Below, one piece after another: positions 18,151 through 27,486 of a DNA stretch of 64,000 nucleotides. Under the pieces are notes generated by a model. It was not told the DNA's origin. It worked only from the letters and a program-made list of their open reading frames with translations, and made no database searches. The DNA is taken from positions 4,335,162 to 4,399,161 of the forward strand of contig JBBCGH010000001.1 of assembly GCA_037200445.1 (NCBI GenBank), given 5' to 3'. Each line of letters begins with the position of its first letter. Within the stretch, counting starts at the first letter, position 1. Origin of the DNA: Alphaproteobacteria bacterium (GTDB lineage: Bacteria; Pseudomonadota; Alphaproteobacteria; Rhizobiales; Xanthobacteraceae). Position numbers and translations under genes: made by a program.

Positions 18151-19326
18151 TCAGGGGCCGACAGCCGCACCGGTCTTGATCCCGGTCGCGAAGGTCGACG
18201 GCCGCAGCTCCTTTACCTGCTGGCGTCGCTTGGCGAGCCAGTAGGCCTGCGGCGACGGCACGGACTCGAATTTCACATCGACGCCGAGCTTCTGCGCGGC
18301 GTCCATCGGCCAGTTCGGATTGTAAAGAAGCTCGCGCGCAAGCGCGATGAGATCGGCACGGCCCTCCTGCAAAATCTGCTCGGCCTGGTCGCAATGCACG
18401 ATCAGCCCGACCGCCATGCTCATGATGTCGGCATCGCGGCGCAGCCGCTCCGCGTAGGGGACCTGATAGCCGTAGCTGACCGGTCCGGCGCTCACCACCG
18501 GCGAGCCACGCATCCCGCCGGAGGAGCAGTCGATCACGTCGACACCCTTCGGCTTCACGAGTTTCGCGAGCGCGACGCTCTGGTCCGGTCCCCAGCCGGC
18601 ATCGTCCTGCACCGAGAGGCGCAGGAACAGCGGCTTCGAAGCCGGCCAGTGCGCGCGCACGCTCTCGACCACTTCGACGGCGAAACGCATGCGATTGAGT
18701 TCGCTGCCGCCATACTCGTCGTTGCGCAAATTCGAGAACGGCGAGAGGAACTGGTGGATCAGGTAGCCGTGCGCCCCGTGGATATCGAGCACATCGAAGC
18801 CAGCCTCATGCGCACGCCGCGCCGCCTGCCCCCAATGCTCGACCACTTGCGGAATTTCGTCGCGCGTCAGCATGCGCGGGGTCGGATCGGTGTCGGGCGC
18901 GTTGACTGCGCTCGACGAGACAAGCTCCCAATCGTCCCAGTCATCCACCTCGGGCGAGGGCTTCAGCGGTGCGCCGCCTTCCCACGGGCGGAAGCGCCGG
19001 GCCTTGCGCCCCGAATGGCCGAGCTGGATGCCCGGCACCGCGTTGTGCTGCCGGATGAAGTCGACGCAGCGCTTCAACCCCGGAATGAACGCGTCGTCCC
19101 ACAGCCCGAGATCGCCGATCGTGCCGCAGCCGCGCCGCTCGACCTTGGTCGACTCCATGAACACGAGGCCGGCGCCGCCCGCCGCATAGCGCCCGACATT
19201 CATCAGGTGCCAGTCGGTCGCAAAGCCCTTCACGGCCGAATACTGGTGCATCGGCGCGACTACGACGCGATTTTTCAAGGTCACGTCGCGAATGGAAATC
19301 GGTTCGAACAGCATCGGGCCTACCAT
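18151..19326 (-). CDS. NADH:flavin oxidoreductase (Old Yellow Enzyme family)
   Basis: LKNRVVVAPMHQYSA and HGAHGYLIHQFLSP motifs. Alternative start at MLFEP (19314). Confidence 0.85.
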   Translation of the reverse strand: MVGPMLFEPISIRDVTLKNRVVVAPMHQYSAVKGFATDWHLMNVGRYAAGGAGLVFMESTKVERRGCGTIGDLGLWDDAFIPGLKRCVDFIRQHNAVPGIQLGHSGRKARRFRPWEGGAPLKPSPEVDDWDDWELVSSSAVNAPDTDPTPRMLTRDEIPQVVEHWGQAARRAHEAGFDVLDIHGAHGYLIHQFLSPFSNLRNDEYGGSELNRMRFAVEVVESVRAHWPASKPLFLRLSVQDDAGWGPDQSVALAKLVKPKGVDVIDCSSGGMRGSPVVSAGPVSYGYQVPYAERLRRDADIMSMAVGLIVHCDQAEQILQEGRADLIALARELLYNPNWPMDAAQKLGVDVKFESVPSPQAYWLAKRRQQVKELRPSTFATGIKTGAAVGP

Positions 19327-19353
19327 GCGTATCCTCCAGAGGGCCGCAGTTTA

Positions 19354-19402
19354 GAGCATGATCCCGAAAAGTGGGTACCGGTTTTCGGAAAAGATCATGC
19401 TC
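19354..19402. repeat. Copy 2 of the roughly 48-nt nested-palindrome repeat
   Basis: gagcatgatcccgaaaagtgggtaccggttttcggaaaagatcatgctc: a 10-bp outer stem (gagcatgatc/gatcatgctc) and a 7-bp inner stem (ccgaaaa/ttttcgg). Lies in a divergent intergenic region. Confidence 0.85.
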
Positions 19403-19488
19403 AAAAAGCTGGAGCCACGTGGCGACGAAATGGGAGGACTGGCCAACCCCCGCAGGCCTCGGCCATAGTCGGCGCAAAGGAGAGCCGC

Positions 19489-20670
19489 ATGGATGCGACG
19501 GTGAAGGACACGGCCGCAATCGACGGCGCCATCGATCAGGCGCTTGCCGAGAAGCGCATCGTCGGCGGCGTCGTGCTGGCGATGCAGGACGGCGCGATCG
19601 TCTATCGCCGGGCTGCCGGACTTGTGGACCGCGAGCGCGCCGTTGCGATGCACGAAGACGCCGTGTTCCGGCTTGCCTCGCTGACCAAGCCGCTGGTCAC
19701 CGCGGCCGCGCTGCGGATGGCCGAACTGGGCAAGATCGCGCTCGCCGAGCCGGTGACACGCTATCTGCCGGACTTCCGCCCCGCATTGCCGAACGGCGAA
19801 GTGCCGGTCATCACGCTGCGCCATCTTCTCACGCATACGGCGGGGCTTGCCTATCGCTTCATGCAGCCTGAGGGTGGCGCCTATGAGCGCGCCGGCGTGT
19901 CGGATGGCGCCGATGTGCCGGGTCTTTCGATGGACGAGAACCTGAAGCGCATCGCGCGCGCCGGGCTTTTCTATCCGCCCGGCGAGAAGTGGGAATATTC
20001 GGTCGCGATGGACGTCCTCGGTGCCGTGCTGCAGGTCGTGGAGGGACAGGACCTCGAAGCGGTGGTGAAGACGTATGTGAGCGCGCCGCTCGATGCACCG
20101 TCGCTCAGCTTTGACCTGACCGCCGACCAGCGCGCGCGCCTCGTGACGCCTTATGCGGACGGCAAGCCCGAGCCCGTGCGCATTCCGGACCATGGGCTAC
20201 GCGTGCGCTTTCCGGACGGCTTTCCGGTCTATGCGGGGCTCGCGGGCATCAACCTCGTTCCGGCGCGGGTGTTCGACAAGACCTCGTTCCGCTCCGGCGG
20301 CGGCGGCATGAACGGGACCGCGGGCGACATGCTGAAATTCGTCGAGGCGATCCGCACCGGTGGCGCGCCGATTGTGTCACGCGACACCGCGAAGGCGATG
20401 ATGACGATCCAGACCGGCGCGCTGCCGATCGTCAATCGCGGGCCCGGCTGGGCGTTCGGCTATGGCGGCTCGATCCTCACCGATCCGGCGGCGGCGCTCA
20501 CCCCGCAGTCGGCAGGCACCTTCGGCTGGGGCGGCGTGTGGGGCCACACCTGGTTCATCGATCCGGCGCGGCGGCTGAGCGTCGTATCGCTCAGCAACAC
20601 TGCCTTCGAGGGCATGATGGGGCGCTATGTGCGAGATTTGCGCAATGCGGTTTGCGGGGTGATGAATTAG
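19489..20670 (+). CDS. Serine hydrolase / beta-lactamase-family protein (class C-like)
   Basis: ATG at 19489 preceded by AAAGGAGAG. SxxK motif in FRLASLTKPLV. The long N-terminal extension of the listed ORF (18049..) is antisense to the OYE gene and was rejected. Confidence 0.85.
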   Translation: MDATVKDTAAIDGAIDQALAEKRIVGGVVLAMQDGAIVYRRAAGLVDRERAVAMHEDAVFRLASLTKPLVTAAALRMAELGKIALAEPVTRYLPDFRPALPNGEVPVITLRHLLTHTAGLAYRFMQPEGGAYERAGVSDGADVPGLSMDENLKRIARAGLFYPPGEKWEYSVAMDVLGAVLQVVEGQDLEAVVKTYVSAPLDAPSLSFDLTADQRARLVTPYADGKPEPVRIPDHGLRVRFPDGFPVYAGLAGINLVPARVFDKTSFRSGGGGMNGTAGDMLKFVEAIRTGGAPIVSRDTAKAMMTIQTGALPIVNRGPGWAFGYGGSILTDPAAALTPQSAGTFGWGGVWGHTWFIDPARRLSVVSLSNTAFEGMMGRYVRDLRNAVCGVMN

Positions 20671-20697
20671 GAGTCGTCGGTCCGACTGCTCTCCGAT

Positions 20698-20801
20698 CCT
20701 CATCCCGAAGAGGCGCGTTAGCGCCGTCTCGAAGGATGGCCACACGCACCGAGTTTGCCGCCATCCTTCGAGGCTCGCTTCGCTCGCACCTCAGGATGAG
20801 G
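20698..20801. repeat. Roughly 104-nt imperfect-palindrome element between convergent genes
   Basis: Left arm cctcatcccgaagaggcgcgttagcgccgtctcgaaggatggc. The reverse complement of the right arm is cctcatcctgaggtgcgagcgaagcgagcctcgaaggatggc. Shared termini are cctcatcc and tcgaaggatggc. Confidence 0.65.
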
Positions 20802-20807
20802 TCGGTG

Positions 20808-21311
20808 TCACTGCGTCCACTTCTTGAAATCCTCTTCCTTCGCGTCAGGCAGCTTCTTCAGGAACGCCACCACCGACCAGATCTCCGGGTCCTCCATGCC
20901 GGTCGCGCCGAAGCTCGGCATGCCGGTCATGTTGATGCCGTTCTTCACCACCCAGAACAGATGGCGCGGCTCGCGCTCCTTCACGATCTTGGTGAGGTCG
21001 GGCGGATCGGGCCGCAGCCCCTCGGAGAATTTCTGCCATTCGACGCCCGGCCCGCCGTGGCAATTGGTGCAGCCGCGTGTCGCGTAAGCCTTCGCGCCGG
21101 CCTGCACTTTCTCGGGCGTGTCGAAGCCCGCCGGCGGCCGGTCGGTCGCATAGTGGTCGACCGCAGCCATGCGCACCTTCACCAGGGCCCACGAGACGGG
21201 CGCCGGCTCGGGACTGGTGGCCGCGACGTTGAAGAATCCGCCGAAGAAGAACACCAGTGCGGCGATCCCAACGACAATCGCCAGAAAACCGATCAACGCC
21301 AGCAAGCGCAT
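20808..21311 (-). CDS. Membrane-anchored c-type cytochrome
   Basis: N-terminal TM helix, CTNCH haem-binding motif and a distal MTGMP Met region. GGAGG precedes the ATG. Confidence 0.8.
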   Translation of the reverse strand: MRLLALIGFLAIVVGIAALVFFFGGFFNVAATSPEPAPVSWALVKVRMAAVDHYATDRPPAGFDTPEKVQAGAKAYATRGCTNCHGGPGVEWQKFSEGLRPDPPDLTKIVKEREPRHLFWVVKNGINMTGMPSFGATGMEDPEIWSVVAFLKKLPDAKEEDFKKWTQ

Positions 21312-21368
21312 GAGACTCCTCCGGCCTGTGTGACAATCTGAACCAACGTTTGAACATCCCGTCCGGTT

Positions 21369-21656
21369 TCAACCTTGACCGAACATCCGGTCGCCCTGCT
21401 GGTCCACGATCTGGCGCGCCTTGCCGAGCGAGAATTCCACCGCATCGTCATAGGATGCGTGCCGGTCGGCGCGGATGAACTTGTGCTCCTTGGCGACCCC
21501 GCCGATCTCCTTGGTGATGACGCCGGCGGTCTGGTACTGCCCCTCCGACTTGTAGGGCGCGGCGCGGATGGTGAACCCATTGTACTCGACCGGCGCGCTC
21601 GCCTTCGCCTCGCTTTCGGACGAACCGCCGCCGAACAGGGATTTCCAGAAGGACAT
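21369..21656 (-). CDS. Small conserved protein of the type annotated HlyU-family in Rhizobiales
   Basis: 95 aa: MSFWKSLFGGG...EYNGFTIRAAPYKSEGQYQTAGVITKE...KEHKFIRAD. Matches my recollection of that family. The function is not established. Confidence 0.55.
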   Translation of the reverse strand: MSFWKSLFGGGSSESEAKASAPVEYNGFTIRAAPYKSEGQYQTAGVITKEIGGVAKEHKFIRADRHASYDDAVEFSLGKARQIVDQQGDRMFGQG

Positions 21657-21689
21657 GGGGCACCCGAAGTCTGAGTTAGCGAATTGTAG

Positions 21690-21717
21690 CCCGGATGAAG
21701 CGCAAGCGAAATCCGGG
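21690..21717 (-). terminator. Hairpin (cccggat-N14-atccggg) directly downstream of the LLM oxidoreductase gene
   Basis: 7-bp stem at 21690-21696 and 21711-21717, 5 nt after the stop codon at 21723-21725. No clear U-run, so a REP-like stabiliser or terminator role is only inferred. Confidence 0.35.
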
Positions 21718-21722
21718 GGGTC

Positions 21723-22931
21723 TCAGACGACGGCTTCCATCGCCGGGATCCGCGTCACCTGATGTGCTTGCAGCTTCGGCAGCACCTCGCGGCCGAAGCG
21801 ACGAACCTGCTCCATGAACAGATCGTTGGGCATCGCGCCAAAATTCACGTTGATCAAGAGCTTGTTGGCGCCGACCGCCTCGGCCTGTTCGATCAGCCGC
21901 TCGGTGACTTCCTTCGCATTACCGAACGCAAGTTCGCCGCTCGCGACCTTCGCCTCGACGTCCGGGCGGTCGAGCGCGCGCGCCTTCTCACGGTCGATCA
22001 CCGCTTCGCTCGCGTTCTCGGGCCGCACGTAGTCGTAGGACGAGGACTTCACATAGCCGGCGGCAACCGGGTTCGCCTTCTGCCCCGGCGGGTTGCCGCC
22101 GTGATGCCAGAGCACGTTGTTGAAGTAGAGGAAATACGGCCCGTATTCGTCGACCGCCTTGGCGGCGCTGTCGGCAACCCAGGCTTCCGTCATCATGCAG
22201 ATCTGGTCCGGCGAGATGCGATGGCCGCCCTCGGAAAGCTTCTTCCCGAAATAGGCGATCATGTCCTGCACCACGCCGCGATGCGGATGATGGATCGCGG
22301 CGCCGAAGTTTCCGGCGGCCGCGCACTCGATCGTCTCCTTCGAGCCGGTGAATGGAATCCACACCGGCGGATGCGGCTGCTGATAGGGACGCGGCCAGAT
22401 CGCGATGTCCTTGTACTTCCAGTACTTGCCCTCGTGCGTAAACGTATCTTCCTGCCAGGCACGCAGGATCACGGCGAGCGCCTCGTCGAAGCGCGCGCGC
22501 GACTCGGCCATCGGCACGTCGTAGACCTTGTATTCGCGCGGCACGCCGCGCGCGAAGCCCGCCATGATGCGGCCGCGCGAAATGCAGTCCGCCATCGCGA
22601 GCTCCTCGGCGATGCGCAGCGGATTGTGCAGCGGCAGCAGGTTGCCGAGGATAAAGAACTTCAGCTTCCTGGTACGCTGCGCGCCAGCCGCCGCCATCAT
22701 GTTGGGCGAGTTCATCAGCCCATGCGGCGTGGTGTGATGCTCGTTGAGGCCCACGCCGTCGTAGCCGAGCTTGTCCATCTCCTCCCACACCGCGAGATGC
22801 TGCTCGTAGGAGCGCGCCGCGGTTTCGGGGTCGAAATACGAGCCCGGCAGCGGGAACGGCATGTGGCGGCCGGCCTTGAACTCGTCGAAGTGGCGATCGA
22901 ACGGCAGCAGGTCGAAGAGGAAGATTTGCAT
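21723..22931 (-). CDS. LLM-class (luciferase-like) flavin-dependent oxidoreductase
   Basis: 402 aa. LGYDGVGLNEHHTTPHGLMNSPNMMAAA and the overall TIM-barrel LLM pattern. Confidence 0.85.
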   Translation of the reverse strand: MQIFLFDLLPFDRHFDEFKAGRHMPFPLPGSYFDPETAARSYEQHLAVWEEMDKLGYDGVGLNEHHTTPHGLMNSPNMMAAAGAQRTRKLKFFILGNLLPLHNPLRIAEELAMADCISRGRIMAGFARGVPREYKVYDVPMAESRARFDEALAVILRAWQEDTFTHEGKYWKYKDIAIWPRPYQQPHPPVWIPFTGSKETIECAAAGNFGAAIHHPHRGVVQDMIAYFGKKLSEGGHRISPDQICMMTEAWVADSAAKAVDEYGPYFLYFNNVLWHHGGNPPGQKANPVAAGYVKSSSYDYVRPENASEAVIDREKARALDRPDVEAKVASGELAFGNAKEVTERLIEQAEAVGANKLLINVNFGAMPNDLFMEQVRRFGREVLPKLQAHQVTRIPAMEAVV

Positions 22932-22942
22932 GAGATCGCTTT

Positions 22943-23356
22943 CTATCTCGGGATCGGCCTTGGTCGTCCGTCATCGCCGATCGCCACGAAGGTGAAGGTC
23001 GCGTCCGTCACCTTCTCGTGGACCCTGATCCGGAAGCGCCGCGCCCAGGCCTCGACATGCACCTTCATCGAGGTGCGGCCGATGCTCTCCACTTCGGTGT
23101 AGACCTCCAATACGTCGCCGACGCGTACCGGCCGGATGAAGGTCATGGCGTCGAGTGCGATTGTCACCACGCGCCCCTGCGCGCGTTCCACCGCCGCGAT
23201 GCCGCCGGCCTGGTCCATGCGCGACAGCACCCAGCCGCCGAAGATGTCGCCGTTCGCGTTGGTGTCGGCCGGCATCGCCGACACCCGCACGGTGAGCACG
23301 CCGCGCGGCTCGGGGCTCTCGGTGCGCCGCGCCTCGCTTGCGGTTGCGTCCGCCAT
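22943..23356 (-). CDS. Acyl-CoA thioesterase (YciA-like hotdog)
   Basis: Start at MADATAS (rc of 23354-23356) with GGAGG upstream. MPADTNANGDIFGGWVLSRMDQAG is the classic YciA-type motif. Confidence 0.8.
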   Translation of the reverse strand: MADATASEARRTESPEPRGVLTVRVSAMPADTNANGDIFGGWVLSRMDQAGGIAAVERAQGRVVTIALDAMTFIRPVRVGDVLEVYTEVESIGRTSMKVHVEAWARRFRIRVHEKVTDATFTFVAIGDDGRPRPIPR

Positions 23357-23448
23357 CGATGACCTCCATGAACCCACGGGCACCGCCGGGCGACCAATGA
23401 CCGGCGGTCGTCCGACCGCTGTCATCTCCCATAGTTCAGGAACCCACC

Positions 23449-23784
23449 ATGACCAAATGCCTGCTCGCAACCCTGGCGATGCTGATCGCCGCGCCTGCCT
23501 TCGCGCAGGGCAATGTGAGCCTGTTCAAGGTGATTTCCGTGAAGGATGAGGTGACGATCGGGTTGAATGCAGACGAACTGTCGGGCCTCGGCGGAAGCGA
23601 CGCCGGGGCAGTCGCCAAGGCGCTCCATGCCAAGGGCACGCTGTCAGTCTGGCAATACGCCACGCGCAAGGCCGCGAACGGCGACCTCGAACAGGCCCCG
23701 CGCGCGAAAATCGGCCTGATGGCGCACGACTCGCTGCGCGTCGAGCCCTATGCGAGCCCGCTGAAGGTGCTGCCGCACGAATAA
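23449..23784 (+). CDS. Secreted hypothetical protein
   Basis: MTKCLLATLAMLIAAPAFA/QG is a signal peptide. 111 aa. No family recognised. Confidence 0.6.
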   Translation: MTKCLLATLAMLIAAPAFAQGNVSLFKVISVKDEVTIGLNADELSGLGGSDAGAVAKALHAKGTLSVWQYATRKAANGDLEQAPRAKIGLMAHDSLRVEPYASPLKVLPHE

Positions 23785-23933
23785 GTGTGGCAAAAGCGGG
23801 GTTCTCAGCCTACATAATGGGGAGATCGCGGCCCGGCTCTCACGCCGGGCCGTTAACTTTCAACCGCTTGCAATCCGCCGAAGCGGCGCTAGTTTGCCGC
23901 CGCGGGCGGCGCACCAGCGAGGGAACAACAACC

Positions 23934-24212
23934 ATGGCACGCAAACCAACGGCCCGCGCCGAATACGTGATGTTCAACGTCTATTACGAGGACGGCACGC
24001 AGCGCTCGAACCGCCGCGTGCCGGCCGAGATCCTCGGCGGCATCGATGGCGATGAGCCTGCACGCAAGCTCATCGAGGAGCAGGATCGCGAGATCAGCGG
24101 CAAGTCCGGCATGCCGCCGCTGCGGATCGAGCGCATCGTGCGCGTCGACGACGACGTGAAGCAGCAGGCGCGCGACACCCGCCGCGCCAACGAGAAGCGC
24201 GCGTCGCGGTGA
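23934..24212 (+). CDS. Hypothetical protein (92 aa)
   Basis: Internal ATG at 23934 gives MARKPTARAEYVMFNVYYEDGTQRSNRRVP..., with a charged C-terminus. The part of the listed ORF upstream of this ATG looks non-coding. Confidence 0.5.
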   Translation: MARKPTARAEYVMFNVYYEDGTQRSNRRVPAEILGGIDGDEPARKLIEEQDREISGKSGMPPLRIERIVRVDDDVKQQARDTRRANEKRASR

Positions 24213-24259
24213 GCATGATCCCGAAAAGTGGGTACCGGTTTTCGGACAAGATCATGCTC
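24211..24259. repeat. Copy 3 of the roughly 48-nt nested-palindrome repeat
   Basis: gagcatgatcccgaaaagtgggtaccggttttcggacaagatcatgctc. It begins inside the TGA (24210-24212) of the upstream gene and lies between convergent genes. Confidence 0.85.
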
Positions 24260-24312
24260 AAAAGAAGAAGCTAGAGGGCGCACTCATTCACTGAGGTCCA
24301 CCGCCCACCGTT

Positions 24313-26358
24313 CTAATTGCGGATCGGCACGCCCTTGGTGGTGAAGCGCTGCATCTTGCGGCCGCCGTCGCTGATCGGGCGCCGCGTGCCGGCGGCCTTG
24401 CCGGTGCCGGGCGGCTGGTGGAACGGCACGAGCTGGTCGGGGCGCAAGCCGATCAGATCGGCGCGGCCCATGGCCTTTAGCGCCTCGCGCAGCAGCGGCC
24501 AGTTGTCGGGGTCGTGATAGCGCAGGAACGCCTTGTGCAACCGGCGCTGCCGCAATCCCCTGATCGCCTCGACCTTCTCGCTCGCGCCACGGCGCACGCC
24601 ACGCAGGGGATTGACGCCCGAGTGGTACATCGCAGTCGCGGTCGCCATCGGTGACGGCAGGAAGGTCTGTACTTGGTCGGCGCGATAGCGGTTCTTCTTG
24701 AGCCACAGCGCGAGGTTCATCATGTCCTCGTCGGTCGTGCCCGGATGCGCCGCGATGAAATACGGGATCAGATAATACTTCTTGCCGGCCTTCTGCGCGG
24801 CGGCGTCGAACATCTGTTTGAAGCGATTGTAGGTGCCGATGCCCGGTTTCATCATCTTGTCGAGCGGGCCCCGCTCGGTGTGTTCTGGCGCGATCTTCAG
24901 GTAGCCGCCGACGTGATGCGTGACGAGCTCTTCGATGTATTCCGGGCTTTCGACGGCGAGGTCGTAGCGCACGCCGGACGCGACCGTCACCTTCTTGATG
25001 CCTTTGGTTTCGCGCACCTTGCGATAGAGGCGGATCAATTCGTCATGGGAGGTGTTCAGGTTGGGGCAAATCTTGGGGAAGACGCAGGACGGCAGCCGGC
25101 ATGCGGCCTCGACCTTCGGATCCTTGCACGCCATACGATACATATTGGCGGTCGGCCCGCCGATGTCGGAGATCACGCCGGTGAAGCCCGGCGTCTTGTC
25201 ACGGATGCGCTCGATCTCGCGCAGGATCGAGCCTTCTGAACGGTTCTGGATGATGCGGCCTTCGTGCTCGGTGATCGAGCAGAATGTGCAGCCGCCGAAG
25301 CAGCCGCGCATGATCGTCACCGAGAACTTGATCATGTCCCAGGCCGGAATCTTCGCATCGCCATAGGACGGATGCGGCGCGCGCGCGTAAGGCAGGTCGT
25401 AGACCGCGTCCATCTCGTCGGAGGTCAGCGGAATCGGCGGCGCGTTGAGCCACAGGTCGCGATCACCGTGACGCTGTACGAGCGGGCGCGCATTGCCCGG
25501 ATTGGCCTCGCGATGCAGCACGCGTGAGGCGCGGGCATACGCTTCCTTGTCTTCCTCGACCTGCTCGCAGGACGGCAGCCGGATCACCGTAGCGCCGCGC
25601 TGACGGCTCGCGCCCTCGTCCGCGGAATCGAGATCGTCGGCGTGAAGCTCAATGTAGTTCTCGGGCACGCGGCGGAACAGCGCAACGCCGCGAATGTCAT
25701 CAAGCTCGCGGGGCGCTTCGCCGTTAGCGAGCCTGTGTGCCACCTCGACGACGGCACGTTCGGCGTTGCCATAGAGCAGCAAGTCCGCCTTCGCGTCGGC
25801 CAGAACCGAACGGCGCACCTTCTCGGACCAGTAGTCGAAATGCGCGATGCGGCGCAGCGACGCCTCGATGCCGCCGAGCACAATGGGAACATCCTTGAAC
25901 GCCTCGCGGCAGCGCTGCGCATACACGAGTGTGCAGCGATCCGGCCGCTTGCCGCCCACGCCACCCGGCGTATAGGCGTCGTCGTGGCGCAGACGTCGAT
26001 CCGCCGTGTAGCGGTTGACCATCGAATCCATATTGCCGCCGGTGACGCCGAAGAAGACGCGCGGCTTGCCGAGCGCCTTGAACGGCTCGGCCGAGTGCCA
26101 GTCAGGCTGGGCGATGATGCCGACGCGGAACCCCTGTGCTTCGAGCAGCCGGCCGATGATCGCCATGCCGAAGCTGGGATGGTCGACATAGGCGTCGCCC
26201 GTCACCAGCACGATGTCGCAGGCATCCCAGCCGAGCGCCGTCATCTCGGCGCGGCTCATCGGCAGGAACGGCGCCGCCTTGCCGGGATGCGCCCGCTGGC
26301 GCGGCCAGGACATCAAGGGCTTTTCGGCGGCCGCGAGGTTGCTCATGGGGCCACGCAT
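24313..26358 (-). CDS. ygiQ: YgiQ-family radical SAM protein
   Basis: N-terminal [43 protein letters not shown] and radical-SAM Cys cluster context [10 protein letters not shown]. Start at 26358 or 26346. Confidence 0.85.
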   Translation of the reverse strand: MRGPMSNLAAAEKPLMSWPRQRAHPGKAAPFLPMSRAEMTALGWDACDIVLVTGDAYVDHPSFGMAIIGRLLEAQGFRVGIIAQPDWHSAEPFKALGKPRVFFGVTGGNMDSMVNRYTADRRLRHDDAYTPGGVGGKRPDRCTLVYAQRCREAFKDVPIVLGGIEASLRRIAHFDYWSEKVRRSVLADAKADLLLYGNAERAVVEVAHRLANGEAPRELDDIRGVALFRRVPENYIELHADDLDSADEGASRQRGATVIRLPSCEQVEEDKEAYARASRVLHREANPGNARPLVQRHGDRDLWLNAPPIPLTSDEMDAVYDLPYARAPHPSYGDAKIPAWDMIKFSVTIMRGCFGGCTFCSITEHEGRIIQNRSEGSILREIERIRDKTPGFTGVISDIGGPTANMYRMACKDPKVEAACRLPSCVFPKICPNLNTSHDELIRLYRKVRETKGIKKVTVASGVRYDLAVESPEYIEELVTHHVGGYLKIAPEHTERGPLDKMMKPGIGTYNRFKQMFDAAAQKAGKKYYLIPYFIAAHPGTTDEDMMNLALWLKKNRYRADQVQTFLPSPMATATAMYHSGVNPLRGVRRGASEKVEAIRGLRQRRLHKAFLRYHDPDNWPLLREALKAMGRADLIGLRPDQLVPFHQPPGTGKAAGTRRPISDGGRKMQRFTTKGVPIRN

Positions 26359-26464
26359 AAGACTCAAGGCCGGCAAATTCAACCAGCCGGAGCCCATTCT
26401 CTCGGGCGTGTCCGGGCAACAAATCCCGCGATTGTCCCCAGCACCCTGCCTATATCGATGTAGC

Positions 26465-27358
26465 TCACAAGAAACTACCTTGTGTGGTCTGCCGGTAAGG
26501 CCCGCGCTTTCCCGACTTCGGTAACGTTGCATCGATCATGTTCGCCAGATCGGTCACACTCCAAAGGGTCTCGCTAACGCCAGCGGCCATAGCGGGTGAC
26601 AGACCCTTCAGCGTCTTGTGCTGCTTCACGAAGTTGTACCAGACCGTGTAGAGCGCCACCATGTGCATGTGGTTCTCGAATTTCTTGGAGAACGTATTGG
26701 TCAGACGGGTAAAGCGGCGTATCTGCATCCGCATTGTAAGGTTCTGACGTTCCGCGAATGACGTGCTGATATGCTTCGGGTCCGGGCTCCCCTCAATCCG
26801 CTCTTTGCGCGCTCCAATACACTCTGCGGGGCTGTAGCGGCCCTTCATGCTCTCCGGCGCTTGGCCGTACAGCTTCACAAGCTGCGCGTAGTCAACGTCG
26901 CCGCCGAACGCGCCTTCAACCGCTTCGAGGTACGCGCGATGGCCGTCAGAGGCTAGCTGCACGCGGTTCGCAAGCCGCGACCGCTGATCGTCCATGAACG
27001 CCATCGCATAGTCACTGTCGCGGCCACCAACGAGCCAAGAGACAATCAGCTTGGACTCGGCATCAATCGCGGTCCACGTCCATGTATCGCCATAGGCCAA
27101 ATCCTGCCGCTTGGCGTGCGGGACGTTCTTCTGCTTCGCGTAGGTGAACGACCAGATTTCATCGACCTGCACGCGGCGGCTTTTCACGCCCTGCACGGTC
27201 GCGTCGTGGAAGACTGCGCACGCCTTCCCGGCATCGATCAGAAGCTTGGAAACGGTGTTGATGGAGACATCGCAGACCCGCGAAATCGACCCCATGGACG
27301 ACCCCTCGCAGAGCATGGAGAGGACTTGGACGCGGGTTTGAAGGGGTAGCTTGTTCAT
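26465..27358 (-). CDS. IS1-family-like DDE transposase (single ORF with N-terminal HTH)
   Basis: HTH ([16 protein letters not shown]), [28 protein letters not shown] and [30 protein letters not shown] resemble IS1/ISMhu11-type transposases. No terminal inverted repeats were found by eye. Confidence 0.6.
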   Translation of the reverse strand: MNKLPLQTRVQVLSMLCEGSSMGSISRVCDVSINTVSKLLIDAGKACAVFHDATVQGVKSRRVQVDEIWSFTYAKQKNVPHAKRQDLAYGDTWTWTAIDAESKLIVSWLVGGRDSDYAMAFMDDQRSRLANRVQLASDGHRAYLEAVEGAFGGDVDYAQLVKLYGQAPESMKGRYSPAECIGARKERIEGSPDPKHISTSFAERQNLTMRMQIRRFTRLTNTFSKKFENHMHMVALYTVWYNFVKQHKTLKGLSPAMAAGVSETLWSVTDLANMIDATLPKSGKRGPYRQTTQGSFL

Positions 27359-27432
27359 GCCCCCCCGACCCTAATTGACAGGGAATATTTGTCAAGCATT
27401 CTGTTCAGGTTCACAGAATTGTAAACACGTTA

Positions 27433-27460
27433 TTGACTATTTAAGCGCCTGCTTTATAAG
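27433..27460 (+). promoter_or_regulatory. Candidate sigma70-type promoter for the XRE/ImmA gene
   Basis: TTGACT (27433-38), a 16-nt spacer, then TATAAG (27455-60), about 27 nt upstream of ATG 27487. Lies in an AT-rich divergent region that also holds two palindromes. Confidence 0.4.
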
Positions 27461-27486
27461 GACGATTTGAAAGAGGCGGACTTTCA

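Noticed and set aside
18049-19488. N-terminal 480 codons of the 873-aa ORF 18049..20670
   Set aside because: This part is antisense to the OYE flavoenzyme gene and runs across the palindromic repeat. The serine-hydrolase homology begins only at the ATG at 19489, which has a strong SD.
26383-26465. Terminal inverted repeats for the IS1-like element
   Set aside because: I compared the sequence just inside the two 9-bp repeats, and around the transposase ORF alone. No convincing inverted match was found, so the element boundaries remain hypothetical.
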